Below, in pieces: positions 1-10,785 of a stretch of DNA of 32,536 nucleotides (position 1 is the stretch's first letter; each line of letters opens with the position of its first letter). The DNA comes from Octopus sinensis. Lineage: Eukaryota. The translations under genes and the position numbers were made by a program. The stretch spans positions 1-32,536 of the forward strand of contig NW_021832166.1 in NCBI RefSeq assembly GCF_006345805.1, given 5' to 3'. The notes beneath the pieces were generated by a model. The model made no database searches and was not told the DNA's origin. It saw nothing but the letters and a program-made list of their open reading frames with translations.

Positions 1-409
1 GCTGTCTATCTACTCCTCATTTCGAGCATTCAACGGCAATACGAGTTTTCAAAGACAGTTGCTCCCATAAATTCTAAAATAAAATGTAGGATTTATGGAA
101 GGTCAAAGTTGGGAACAAAAACATGACAGTAAGACATACAAGGAAACCGAATGAAAACAAACAAAGAGGGTCGTTAGATCAGAGCGAAAGGAAAATGGCG
201 AACGCTATAAGAATTTTTCTTTTTTGCTATTGGAAAGAGAAAAGATAGAAGAGAGAGAGAGAAAAAAACACGTTCATTCTTTTGAACTTCTGTGCAGAAA
301 AAGAAAGATGGATGTGGGTCACGTGTAAGCAACGAGAGAGAGATAGAAAAGAGAAAGAGGAGAGAGAGAGAGACATGTGTATGTGTGTGTGTATGTGTGC
401 GTGTGTGTG

Positions 410-444
<35 letters not shown>

Positions 445-1115
445 AATCCACCTTGGACTGGACTCAAGTACCTCACAGGATAATTTCCCGTAAATTCTGA
501 TCACCTATTCTCTACGTCAAGATAAACTTAGGGAAATGTAGAACAAAGGGCCCTACCTCGATTGCAATGGATTACAGCTGCAAACCAATGACAAAGCAAG
601 TCAGTACCTTAGCCACACGGCTGCTATTTAACCGCAATAATATCAGTCTGTCAGAGCACGTATAAATTTACAGTGATTGAAAGAAGTGGAAACCTGAAGA
701 CGTTCGGTAGGACATTGACCCTAGACTGAACTACTGAAATAGATGCAGACCACGAACACAGCTAAGCAATGAATTGTCTAAATAAATTCCACCATGTTCA
801 CCAAAAAGATACTTCCATATATACATGTACCCAGAGTCTGCATTCTTCACGCGCGAATACACACACACATACAACATCAAAACACACACCCCCACAACAC
901 ACACACACTACACACAACACACGCCACACACACACTCGCGCGCGCACACAGATATTAATATATATATATATATATATATAGTATATATATATGTAATATA
1001 TATACATACCTGTATATATACATACACACACACACAGATATAGATATTATATATATATATATGTATAGTATGTATATATATATATATATATGTACATACA
1101 TATACATATACATAC

Positions 1116-1169
<54 letters not shown>

Positions 1170-1237
1170 AATATATATAATATATATATATATACAAATA
1201 TGTATATATATATATAATATATATAATATATATATAT

Positions 1238-1641
1238 AGGCGCAGGAGTGCTGTGTGGTAAGTAGCTTGCTAACCAACCACATGGTTCGGGTTCAGTTCC
1301 ACTGCGTGGCATCTTGGGCAAGTGTCTTCTGCTATGGCCCCGGGCCGACCAATGCCTTGTGAGTGGATTGGTAGACGGAAACTGAAAGAAGCCTGTCGTA
1401 TATATTGTATATATATATATAGTGTGTGTGTTTGTGTGTCTGTGTTTGTCCCCCTAGCATTGCTTGACAACCGATGCTGGTGTGTTTGCGCCCCCGTCAC
1501 TTAGCGGTTCGGCAAAAATGAGACCGATAGAATCAGTACTGGGCTTACAAAGAATAAGTCCGGGGTCGATTTGCTCGACTAAAGGCGGTGCTCCAGCATG
1601 GCCGCAGTCAAATGACTGAAACAAGTAAAAGAGTAAAGAGT
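1238..1641 (+). mobile_element. tRNA-derived SINE family A, full length (tRNA-like head, CORE-like CTTGGGCAAGT segment, internal (TA)/(TG) tract, AAAAGAGT-type tail)
   Basis: Starts AGGCGCAGGAGTG..GTGGTAAGTAGCTTGC; B-box-like GGTTCAGTTCC; near-identical copies recur at 6244, 7041 and 28594, and inverted at 1960 and 7513. Confidence 0.9.
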
Positions 1642-1778
1642 ATATATATATATATATATAATATATATATATATATGTTTGTTTTTGAATTATAATAAAA
1701 ACAATTTTACATTAATCTGACGGGTTTCCCTCTACTTCTGGAGAGTACAAGTTTATTCTTAAACAAGAATATTGTTGA

Positions 1779-1821
1779 CAGTAACTTCGAAGTTTCATCC
1801 AGTTAAGCCTTCGTCAGACTG
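1779..1821 (-). ncRNA. Minimal type I hammerhead-like motif, helix II disrupted
   Basis: Minus strand reads CAGT-CTGACGA-AGGCTTAACTGGAT-GAA-ACTTCGAAGT-T-ACTG: intact core, 10-nt perfect palindrome as helix III, GUU triplet, helix I CAGT/ACTG. Confidence 0.6.
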
Positions 1822-1959
1822 CGATTCATTAAAGTTATGCGTTTGGTTTAGAGTTTTTACTTTTAGACAACTTTAGACACATAACATACCCACGTTTGAA
1901 ACGGAATTGAAGAAGAAATATTTATAAAGACAGCCCACAAACTAACCTTCCATATACTT

Positions 1960-2369
1960 TCTTTCTTTCTTTTCTTTTACTTGTTTCAGTCATTTGACTG
2001 CGGCCAGCTGGGAGCACCGCTTTAGTCGAGCAAATCGACCCCGGGACTTATCTTTGTAAGCCTAGTACTATTCTATCGGTCTCTCTTTTGCCGAACCGCT
2101 AAGTGACGGGGACGTAGACCACAGCAATCGGTTTGTCAGCAATGCTAGGGAGACAAACACAGACACACACACACACATACATATATACATATAATATATA
2201 TACATATATACGACAGGCTTCTTTCAGTTTCCGTCTACCAAATCCACTCACAAGGCATTGGTCGGCCCGAGGCTATAGTAGAAGACACTTGCCCAAGGTG
2301 CCACGCAGTGGGACTGAACCCGGAACCATGTGGTTGGTTAGCAAGCTACTTACCACACAGCCACTCCTA
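1960..2369 (-). mobile_element. SINE family A, near full length, inverted relative to the 1238 copy
   Basis: Reverse complement of the family A sequence. Confidence 0.9.
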
Positions 2370-2399
2370 TTGCTAATAGAACAATGAACACTAAGAGAG

Positions 2400-2860
2400 A
2401 AACATACAGACCAACAAACTCTACACCTAACTAAATCCTTTTGTGGACGTCAAAGCACAAGAGAAACAATTTTCTATAATAACAACGCCATGACATGCCT
2501 GACCAATAACCACTACTTTCCAACTAAAAATAGGAAATGCCCTAAATAACAACACCAACAAGTAAAGATACTAACCAGCTAAAATATACCAGCTACTTTC
2601 ACTCATTTGATGTGAACCCCTAAAACTTTCATTACAAAATGGTTGACACACCCAGTCAATAAGATTTTTAAATACTGGACTTCGTACCTTTCAGCTTTAA
2701 ATTGATATAAGAAAGGATTAAATCCAATAAAACGAAAAAAATAGCTAAACTTCTAATATATCCCGTGCCTGTCCTAACAAACGGACACACCTAATCATAT
2801 GCACTTGTTTACAACTCTCTACATACATGGAGAAATTCGAGATAAATAAACCCAAATTTG
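2400..2860 (+). pseudogene. Possible decayed Penelope-like GIY-YIG endonuclease region
   Basis: Frame from 2515 reads TFQLKIGNALNNNTNK*RY*PAKIYQL (GIYxL-like); MEKFEINK at 2827. Weak, stop-ridden match. Confidence 0.3.
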
Positions 2861-3054
2861 ATCAATAAATTTTTTTCAAAAACACCTCTCCATAACAACC
2901 CCTGATACATATGTACGTGATCAGGAAGGAAAGAAAGAATTTCAACGATAATACCTCATGACCTAATGCAATCAATAAGGAAGGAATACTGCATCAACTT
3001 CAATAGCAATCCACTCCATAACTTTTATTATCACAGTTGGAAAGTATCATGAAT

Positions 3055-3238
3055 AGGCGCAGGAGTGGCTGTGTGGTAAGTAGCTTGCTAACCAGCCACA
3101 TGGTTCCGGGTTCAGTCCCACAGCGTGGCATCTTGGGCAAGTGCCTTCTGCTATAGCCCCGGGCCGACCAATGCCTTGTGAGTGGATTTGGTAGATGGAA
3201 ACTGAAAGAAGCCTGTGGTATATATGTATATATATATA
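3055..3238 (+). mobile_element. SINE family A, 5' half only
   Basis: Head and CORE-like part, ending in the internal (TA)n. Confidence 0.9.
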
Positions 3239-3682
3239 GGTGTGATCTGCAGCTGCCCAAAGATATCATTAAGGCACTGTCTTTCTATACGGTCTGACGT
3301 TTTCGTTCAAACAATGCACAATGCCATCCATAGGAAGTACTGCTCTGGGACAAATATAAAATAATATTGTTGGTGTCAAGTATACTCATTATGTGCCAAA
3401 ACAGGGAATGTTGGTGGAACATTCCTGTTAAAATTTGTATTAGATACAAACACTGCAGGCTTTATATAATTGACGGAAAACAAAATTTCTTTTCTTGCTT
3501 TTCTTTTTGGGCTGTTTTTTTATTACTATTTTTGTCCCCTTTTTATTTTGGTCAGCTGCCTAGCAGCTGTGACTATTTCAATGAAATGGTCACATTGAAG
3601 GTTAGTAAAAAAGAGTACAACCATTGACAAACTCTTAAAAGCCTGCAAACTTCTCTACTCAAATTATAAACTCATACTTGTT

Positions 3683-3762
3683 AAGGCGGCGAGCTGGCAG
3701 AAACGTTAGCGCGCTGAACGAAATGCTTAGTGGTATTTCGTCAGTCGTTACGTTCTGAGTTT
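3683..3762 (+). mobile_element. SINE family B, tRNA-like head only
   Basis: AAGGCGGCGAGCTGGCAGAAACGTTAGC..GTATTTCGTC..ACGTTCTGAGTT matches the head at 16140. Confidence 0.85.
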
Positions 3763-3857
3763 TAAAAAAAAAGCATTTTTTTCTATCCTCAAAATCACAG
3801 CCATCGTATACAGGTGTTAAAGAACGTAGGAAATAAGGGAAGTTTGCAGCACGGAAT

Positions 3858-3908
3858 TTTGTCAGTGAACAGGTCGTGGTTTCAAAGCGACGAAAATATT
3901 TTGACAAA
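3858..3908 (+). ncRNA. Degenerate minimal hammerhead-like motif
   Basis: TTTGTCA-GTGAACA-GGTCG..CGAC-GAA-AATATT-T-TGACAAA: 7-bp helix I, 4-bp helix II, palindromic helix III; two core substitutions relative to CTGAAGA. Confidence 0.45.
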
Positions 3909-4215
3909 TTAAATTTAAATGTTGAGGTGAATCTAACAGTTTTTGTGTGTTTCTTAAATGGCTTATAAACACCTTCCACGCTGCAATTGTTATAACTTGT
4001 TATTTCCTCGTTTAAACAAAAGCACACATGTTCTGGCAATTATGGTAATTGATAAACTAATTAATTAGTTAATGAACGATTAACCATTTTATATGTTATT
4101 CGTTACGTCATTGCACTGTGTGTTCTTTCTTTTTCTTTGTAAAATTACGATGTATTTAATTTAGTCTACTGGCAACATATTTTCTTTACTACGAAGCACC
4201 TTTTATCTTACCTTA

Positions 4216-4256
<41 letters not shown>

Positions 4257-4646
4257 ACTAGTAGTAGTATTCCCGTGATGTCAAGATGACGATAGTGTCA
4301 TTTATTAAGGGAGAATTTTTTCAATAGGGAAAGCAAAGTTCAGTTTTGTAGTAATGCTTTCTTTATTCACACACACACACACACACACACACCACGCATA
4401 CACACATCAGTGCACGCATTCAAACACATATACTTTGTCAAAAAGACAAAGAAAATTGAAGACAGAACACACTTTCTGTGCATTGCGTGTGTTTGTGTGT
4501 GTGGTGTGTGTGTCTGTGTGTGTGTGTGTGTCTGTCTGTCTGTCTGTGCGTGGTGCGTGTACACATATAAACAAACGTTTGTATGAATGTATATAGGTAT
4601 ATGCATACATATGTACGTGTATTATAAATGTATGCATACATACATA

Positions 4647-4647
4647 C

Positions 4648-4709
<62 letters not shown>

Positions 4710-4733
4710 TGTGTGACAAATAGACAGGTACAC

Positions 4734-4796
<63 letters not shown>

Positions 4797-4833
4797 GATA
4801 GATAGATAGTGTGTGACAAATAGACAGGTACAC

Positions 4834-4906
<73 letters not shown>

Positions 4907-4918
4907 GATAGATAGACA
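4647..4918 (+). repeat. (GATA)n microsatellite with a 100-bp-period higher-order duplication
   Basis: GTGTGTGACAAATAGACAGGTACACA interrupts the tract at 4709 and again at 4809. Confidence 0.95.
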
Positions 4919-5184
4919 GATCATAGAAATTTGGTCTCATAACAGCCAATTTATGCTAGCGAATAGTTTCATGGTGAAGAACTGTCCAGCTGAGAAGAGG
5001 TTAATTCGCAATCGTCGGACATAGCTGAGCTAAAAAGTATCTCACTGAGAAATTAACGGAGGCCTTGAAAGTAGAGTGCTTGGGGTGGGGGGGGACTGTG
5101 GTCCTGCTAATGTTGCTTCTGGTGGTGGTGGTGGTGGTGGTGGTGGTGCTGCTGCTGCTGCTGGTTGTTTTTGGTTGGCATAAG

Positions 5185-5345
5185 CCCAGCAGTTTTAGGG
5201 TACGGGGTTTAATCGATTACACCGGCCTCAGTACTTGACTGGTATTTTATTTTATCGACCCTCGAAAGGATGGACAGCAAAGTGGCACGGCAGGATTTGA
5301 ATTCAGAACGTAGAGAGTAAGGAACAAATACAGCAAAGTACTTTT
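5185..5345 (-). mobile_element. Diverged SINE family B fragment
   Basis: TTTATCGACCCTCGAAAGGATG..GGATTTGAATTCAGAACGTAG resembles the family B body in reverse. Confidence 0.7.
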
Positions 5346-5901
5346 CCAAAGAAGAAAGAAGAAAAAGAAAAGTAAAGAAAAATAACTAAAACATTAGAAG
5401 AAGCGTGGTTCGAACCCAGAATCAGGAGGTACGTAAACTAAACAAACGTAATGTAAACCATCTCGTCCCCTTTCCAGTTAATTAAAGCAGTTTTCATTGA
5501 GTTACATTTTCTTATGTTGTAGGTAGTGTTGACTGAAAAACATACTGATATTTAGAACTATCTATCGAAGGCGGAAAGATTAGAGGTTCAATAGAACGAA
5601 ATGGGATTCAAACACACAGAGACACGAAATACCAGGCTGTTGTAAACTGAATGATATTTTTGGCAAGGTTTGTAATTAGTAAATCTAATATTTATTTCGT
5701 TATTGTTTGCCTTTGTGTGTCTGCTTGCAGCTCGCTCACTCTGCTTGTCTTGTCTTCTACGTAAATAGACGTATGTGTATTCGTGGCATATGTGTATGTG
5801 GCAGTAGCATACACACATTTGTATGTATATATGTTTGTCAATACATATGTATAGATACACATGTGCCTACGTACATATACGCGTATTTATATATCTATAT
5901 C

Positions 5902-5965
<64 letters not shown>

Positions 5966-5972
5966 TGTGTTT

Positions 5973-6228
5973 GTGGAGGCGCATGGTTTACTGGTTAGGG
6001 TGTCAGCACCATGATCGTAAGATTGTGGTTTCGATTCCTGGACCGGGCGACGCGTTGTGTTCTTGAGCAAAACACTTCATTTCACGTTGCTCCAGTCCAC
6101 TCAGCTGGCAAAAATGAGTAACGCTGCGATGGACTGGCATCTCGTCCAGTGGGGAACACATACGCCATTGAAACCGGGAAACGGACCCATGAGCCTGGCT
6201 AGGGTTTAAAGGGCGCCATTTTATTTTT
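5973..6228 (+). mobile_element. tRNA-derived SINE family C (CORE-like middle, V-domain-like CGATGGACTGGC..GTCCAG segment)
   Basis: A-box-like TGGTTTACTGG, B-box-like GGTTTCGATTCC; middle domain shared with family D at 25468. Confidence 0.8.
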
Positions 6229-6243
6229 ATATAATAAATATAT

Positions 6244-6660
6244 AGGAGTGGCTGTGTGGTAAGTAGCTTGCTAACCAACCACATGGTTCCGGGTTCAGTC
6301 CCACTGCGTGGCATCTTGGGCAAGTGTCTTCTGCTATAGCCCGGGCGACCAATGCCCTGTGAGGGATTTGGTAGACGGAAACTGAAAGAAGCCTGTCGTA
6401 TATATTGTATATATATATATGTATGTGGTGGTGTTTGTGTGTCTGTGGTTTGTCCCCCAACATCGCTTGACAACCGATGCTGGTGTGTTTACGTCCCCGT
6501 CACTTAGCGGTTCGGCAAAAATGAGACCGATAGAATAAGTACTGGGCTTACAAAGAATAAGTCCCGGGGTCGATTTGCTCGACTAAAGGTGGTGCTCCAG
6601 CATGGCCGCAGTCAAATGACTGAAACAAGTAAAAGAGTAAAAGAGTAAAAGAGTAAAGAG
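6244..6660 (+). mobile_element. SINE family A, near full length
   Basis: Matches the 1238 copy; (AAAAGAGT)n tail. Confidence 0.9.
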
Positions 6661-6720
6661 TATATATGTACACATATCCATCTGCTTATACACACAGACA
6701 TACACATACACCTGTGTGTG

Positions 6721-6765
<45 letters not shown>

Positions 6766-6774
6766 TGTGTGTGT

Positions 6775-6960
6775 GCAGGCCCAGACATGGTCATGTGGTC
6801 GAGAACTTCGCTCTACAAACGTGGTTTGAGGCTTAGTCCCGCGAAGCGTTGCTTTAAATATTGTCCTGAAATACTGATCTGGGGTCGACCAATGACTAAT
6901 GAGTGAATTTGATAGACAGAATCTAGAGGGTACCTGTCGTGTTTGTGTGTCTGTGTGTCT
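6775..6960 (+). mobile_element. Old, diverged family A-like SINE 5' half
   Basis: GGGGTCGACCAATGACTAATGAGTGAATTTGATAGACAGAA resembles GGGCCGACCAATGCCTTGTGAGTGGATTTGGTAGACGGAA. Confidence 0.55.
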
Positions 6961-7040
6961 GCATAAGTACATGTGTGTGTATATGTATGTATACCCACAC
7001 ATACACATACCACAAAGAAAGAGATTGATAGATAAAATAC

Positions 7041-7451
7041 AGAGTGGCTGTGTGGTAAGTAGCTTGCTAACCAACCACATGGTTCCGGGTTCAGTCCCAC
7101 TGCGTGGAATCTTGGGCAAGTGTCTTCTGCTATAGCCTCGGGCCGACCAATGCCTTGTGAGTGGATTTGGTAGACGGAAACTGAAAGAAGCCTGTCGTAT
7201 ATATGTATATATATTATATATGTATGTGTGTTTGTTTGTGTGTCTGTGTTTGTCCCCCTAGCATTGCTTGACAACCGATGCTGGTGTGTTTATGTCCCCG
7301 TCACTTAGCGGTTCGGCAAAAGAGACCGATAGAATAAGTACTGGGCTTACAAAAAAAGAATAAGTCCCGAGGTCGAGTTGCTCGACTAAAGGCGGTGCTC
7401 CAGCATGGCCGCAGTCAAATGACTGAAACAAGTAAAAGAGTAAAAAAGAGT
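7041..7451 (+). mobile_element. SINE family A
   Basis: Matches the 1238 copy; lacks the first few head bases. Confidence 0.9.
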
Positions 7452-7512
7452 ATATGCATGTTTGTTTGTATATGTACATATGTATGCTTATGAAACCGAA
7501 ACATACCAGGCG

Positions 7513-7916
7513 CTCTTTTCTCTATTACTCTTTTACTTGTTTCAGTCATTTGACTGTGGCCATGCTGGAGCACCGCCTTTAGTCGAGCAAATCGACCCCC
7601 AGGACTTATTCTTTGTAAGCCTAGTAATTGTTCTATCGTTCTATTTTGCCGAACCGCTAAGTTACAGGGACGTAAACACACCAGCGTCGGTTGTCAAGCG
7701 ATGTTGGGGAACAGACACATAAGCACACACACACACATACACACACAAATATACGACGGGCTTCTTTCAGTTTCCGTCTGCCAAATCCACTGACAAGGCT
7801 TTGGTCGGCCTGAGACTATAATAGAAGACATTTGCCCAAGGTGCTACGCAGTGGGACTAAAACCCGGAACCATGTGGTTGGTAAGCAAGCTACTTACCCC
7901 ACAGCCACTCCTACGC
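7513..7916 (-). mobile_element. SINE family A, tail-to-tail with the 7041 copy
   Basis: Reverse complement of family A. Confidence 0.9.
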
Positions 7917-7917
7917 G

Positions 7918-8142
7918 TGTGTGACAAGACTAGCCCTTTGAAATACAGGTACGACAGAAACAGGAAGAAAGAGTGAGAGAAAGTTGTGGTGAAAGAATAC
8001 AGCAGGATTCGCCACCACTTCCTGCCAGAGCCTCGTGGAGCTTTGGGTTTTTTCGCTCAAAAAACACTCACAACGCCAGGTCTGGATATCGAAACCGCGA
8101 TCCTACGACCGCGAGTTCGCTGCCCAAACCACTGGGCCATTG
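7918..8142 (-). mobile_element. tRNA-derived SINE family E, 5' part
   Basis: Minus strand starts CAATGGCCCAGTGGTTTGGGCAGCGAACTCGCGGTCGTAGGATCGCGGTTTCGATATCC: tRNA-like, with A and B boxes. Confidence 0.75.
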
Positions 8143-8383
8143 TAGTATCATAATATAGAGCACGTCAAAGGCACTTTGAACCTGGTAGATAAAAAAAATC
8201 AAAGGAAACATCAGTGTAATTTGAACTCTACACCTACAAACATCAGAAAGGTAGGTGTACGTAGTCGAACGATTCTGCCAATTTACCGCATTGTATGCAT
8301 GTATGATTAAATGAATGTATACATATATATAAGAAATACTAAATTTCTAAATCTCTCGTAGAGACATGTACGGTGGTGGGGCG

Positions 8384-8692
8384 ATAGAATGGTTGTATAC
8401 TGTCAATCTAACACGAACGTGACACCACCGCTGTATAGCCCTAGGAAGCATCGACGCCTCCTGATGGCTTTGACACATTTTTCCCTGTGTCCGATGAAGG
8501 ACAATGATCCTGAAACAGGTGTCCCTAGATGCAGCTCCGGCGGCCGGGGGTGTTTGTCTCCCCTTCGTAAATGTATATAAGGACACAGGAAACATGTATC
8601 AAAGCCATCAGGAGGCGTCGATGCTTCCTAGGGCTATACAGCGGTGGTGTACCCCCTACTGTCACGTTCGTGTTAGATTGACAGTATACAAC

Positions 8693-8700
<8 letters not shown>
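8384..8700. mobile_element. Foldback element with ~110-120 bp inverted arms and an 88-bp spacer
   Basis: 8384-8492 is the reverse complement of 8581-8700 except a 12-bp indel and a few mismatches; right end abuts (TA)n. Confidence 0.85.
8491..8523 (+). ncRNA. Hammerhead-like core at the arm/spacer junction of the foldback
   Basis: CCGATGA-AGGA-CAATGA-TCCT-GAA-ACAGGTGT-C: U4C core variant, 4-bp helix II, near-palindromic helix III, GUC triplet; helix I not directly formed. Confidence 0.55.
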
Positions 8701-8749
<49 letters not shown>

Positions 8750-8884
8750 CTAATACATCTGTTTGTTTTGTACACCACATGTCTTCGTCTTTTGTTTTTT
8801 CATAAACTCTCCCTATATATATATATATATATTATATATATATATATATATATATTATATAATAGATATATATATATATATATA

Positions 8885-9006
8885 GTTAATCCAAACAAGA
8901 AAACACAAAAAAACACACAGCAACGCGAGGACGTGGAACAAATAAAGTATTATTGGACGCTCAGGAAAGAAGGGAAGGAGGGTTTAACGTTTCGAGCGGA
9001 GCTCTT
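8885..9006 (-). repeat. Penelope-like LTR-type fragment ending in a half hammerhead
   Basis: Minus strand reads AAGAGC-TCC-GCTC-GAA-ACGT-T; the CTGANGA strand is missing. Confidence 0.45.
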
Positions 9007-9939
9007 AAATGTATGTATATATTTTATGTACTGTATGTGCGTATATATATATATATATATATATATTCGGTACGAATGATTCTTTATACGGCGCCAAGTA
9101 AATAATAATAATGGTATTTTTATATAAGCCTAAAGCTTATGGCGATCACCGTGTAATGACTAAGGAAAATAGTCTAATATATACACATATATATATGTAT
9201 GTATATATATAATTATATATATATATGGATCTTTTCAGTTTGAAGGCCAAATTTTCCTAGTTAACTAAACAATTTGAAACTTCGTATACTAGTAGAATGT
9301 GTCAAAAGAAAACATAATTGTAAACCAAAATGAAACCGGAATTGTAATTTCTAAGTTTAACGTTGTTTAATAATTCGAATTTTAACCAATGGTATTCTTT
9401 CTTTCGACCTCATATTATTTACTGCCTCTCAAAATATTGTTACTGTGACGTAAACAGCTATTTTGTGACGTAGTTAACGTAAACATATAAACAGACCTAG
9501 AGATTCGTTTGTGACGTAAACATCCGCTCATCGTAAACAGCTAAATTCTCTTGGCATCGTACACAGCTTTTTCGGTTCCCTAGAATTATATTTCAAAGAA
9601 TATAAAACGAAAAAGATTCATACGCATAAATATCCATCCTTAGACATCAGAAAATGAGTGTTTAAATTATTTTCCATTGTTTGCATTGCTTACACACACA
9701 TACTAAAATTACATCGTTGGAGCAGTAATTTATTTATGTATTTTTTGTTATACAATTTATTTTAAAGCTGAATCCCTATCCTGCCATTAACCCCTTTCTT
9801 ATAAAATAGTTGAAGAATCTGGGGTGTAGGTATTGGGCTAGTATTGGAACTTTTAACTTCTTGCTCTCTATCTTATGATCTCCGAAATTTAAGAATCTTG
9901 TGTTAACTGGACTCTTATTATTTACTCTGACTCTGCCAC

Positions 9940-10345
9940 CACCTCAATGCAAAGACTATCAATATCAGAATCATCTTCACAACCACCACTACAACCATTA
10001 CTACAACCTCCAATGCCACCACCACAACCATCTTCTGCAACCACAACCCCAAGATCAATACCAGCATCATATTCAAAATCATCAATTCACCACCACTACA
10101 CTCTGCAATGTCTTCAAACACTACCATCCATGAGATATCCTAACATAATCAATGCTACTACTACTATCATCATCATTATCATTATCATCCACTGCCGCCG
10201 CCACCACCACCACCTCTACACAAAAACACCAACACTATAATTGCTGCCATCATACAATCCACTGTCACCACTACACCACCACCACCACTGCCATGATAAC
10301 CACATCTACCACCTCCAACACCATTGCCACCACTATCTATGAGAC
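9940..10345 (+). repeat. Degenerate (CAC/CAT/TAC/CAA)n trinucleotide low-complexity tract
   Basis: Directly visible; source of the His/Thr/Pro-rich pseudo-ORFs. Confidence 0.9.
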
Positions 10346-10392
10346 ATCCTAAGTTAGATACTACTTTCACTTTCTAGTTGCTCTTGAGTTTA

Positions 10393-10785
10393 TCTTTATA
10401 TATAAAAGAGAGGTTGTGTGTCTGTCTCCTACGATTTAGATTCCTAACTACTCCACATTTTGCGGTGCAGTTTAACCCAAAACCAGGTATCTTATAGTCG
10501 TGATTCATATCGAGCCCTCTGGGTATTAGCGCGCGTCTACGATGAGTCTACGATTTAAAAAAATTTACCACATTTTTTTTTTCCATTTTAATGCATTTTT
10601 TGCTATTATATAGGGAAGTAACTCTCTAAAAATGTCTACGATGAGTCAACGATTTAAAAAAAAATTACCATCAATTTTTTTCCATTTTTAATGCATTTTT
10701 TTGGCTATTTTTGGCTATAACTCTCTAAAAATGCTTATATAGTTATTCCCTTACAAACCCGAGCGACGCCGGGCGATACTGCTAG
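10393..10785 (+). mobile_element. Non-autonomous Helitron, 393 bp
   Basis: Inserted between A and T; 5' TC, 3' CTAG; subterminal hairpin CCCGAGCGACGCCGGG (10758-10773); second copy at 15017. Confidence 0.85.

Noticed and set aside
19-60. Possible hammerhead remnant on the minus strand (..GCTC-GAAAT..)
   Set aside because: No CTGANGA core and no demonstrable helix I or III.
3240-3700. Non-repetitive stretch that could be a host exon
   Set aside because: All frames have early stops and no recognisable domain; no convincing splice-site pair.
4709-4835. CRISPR-like alternation of repeat and unique sequence
   Set aside because: The 'spacers' are identical and the 'repeats' are GATA microsatellite; eukaryotic context with no cas genes.
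4983-5021. TGTCC..CTGAGAA-GAG..TTC-GCAATC-GTC-GGACA hammerhead-like arrangement
   Set aside because: Both core strands deviate (AGCTGAGAA, GCAA); too degenerate to count without paralogues.
5973-6050. tRNA-like heads here and at 8070-8142, 16140-16220 and 25740-25815 as real tRNA genes
   Set aside because: They continue directly into SINE bodies and lack a complete cloverleaf; treated as SINE heads.
9226-9650. Possible DNA-transposon-derived segment
   Set aside because: No matching termini or TSD could be established within the window.
9900-10370. His/Pro/Thr-rich ORFs resembling a low-complexity protein
   Set aside because: Open in several frames on both strands because of trinucleotide repeats.
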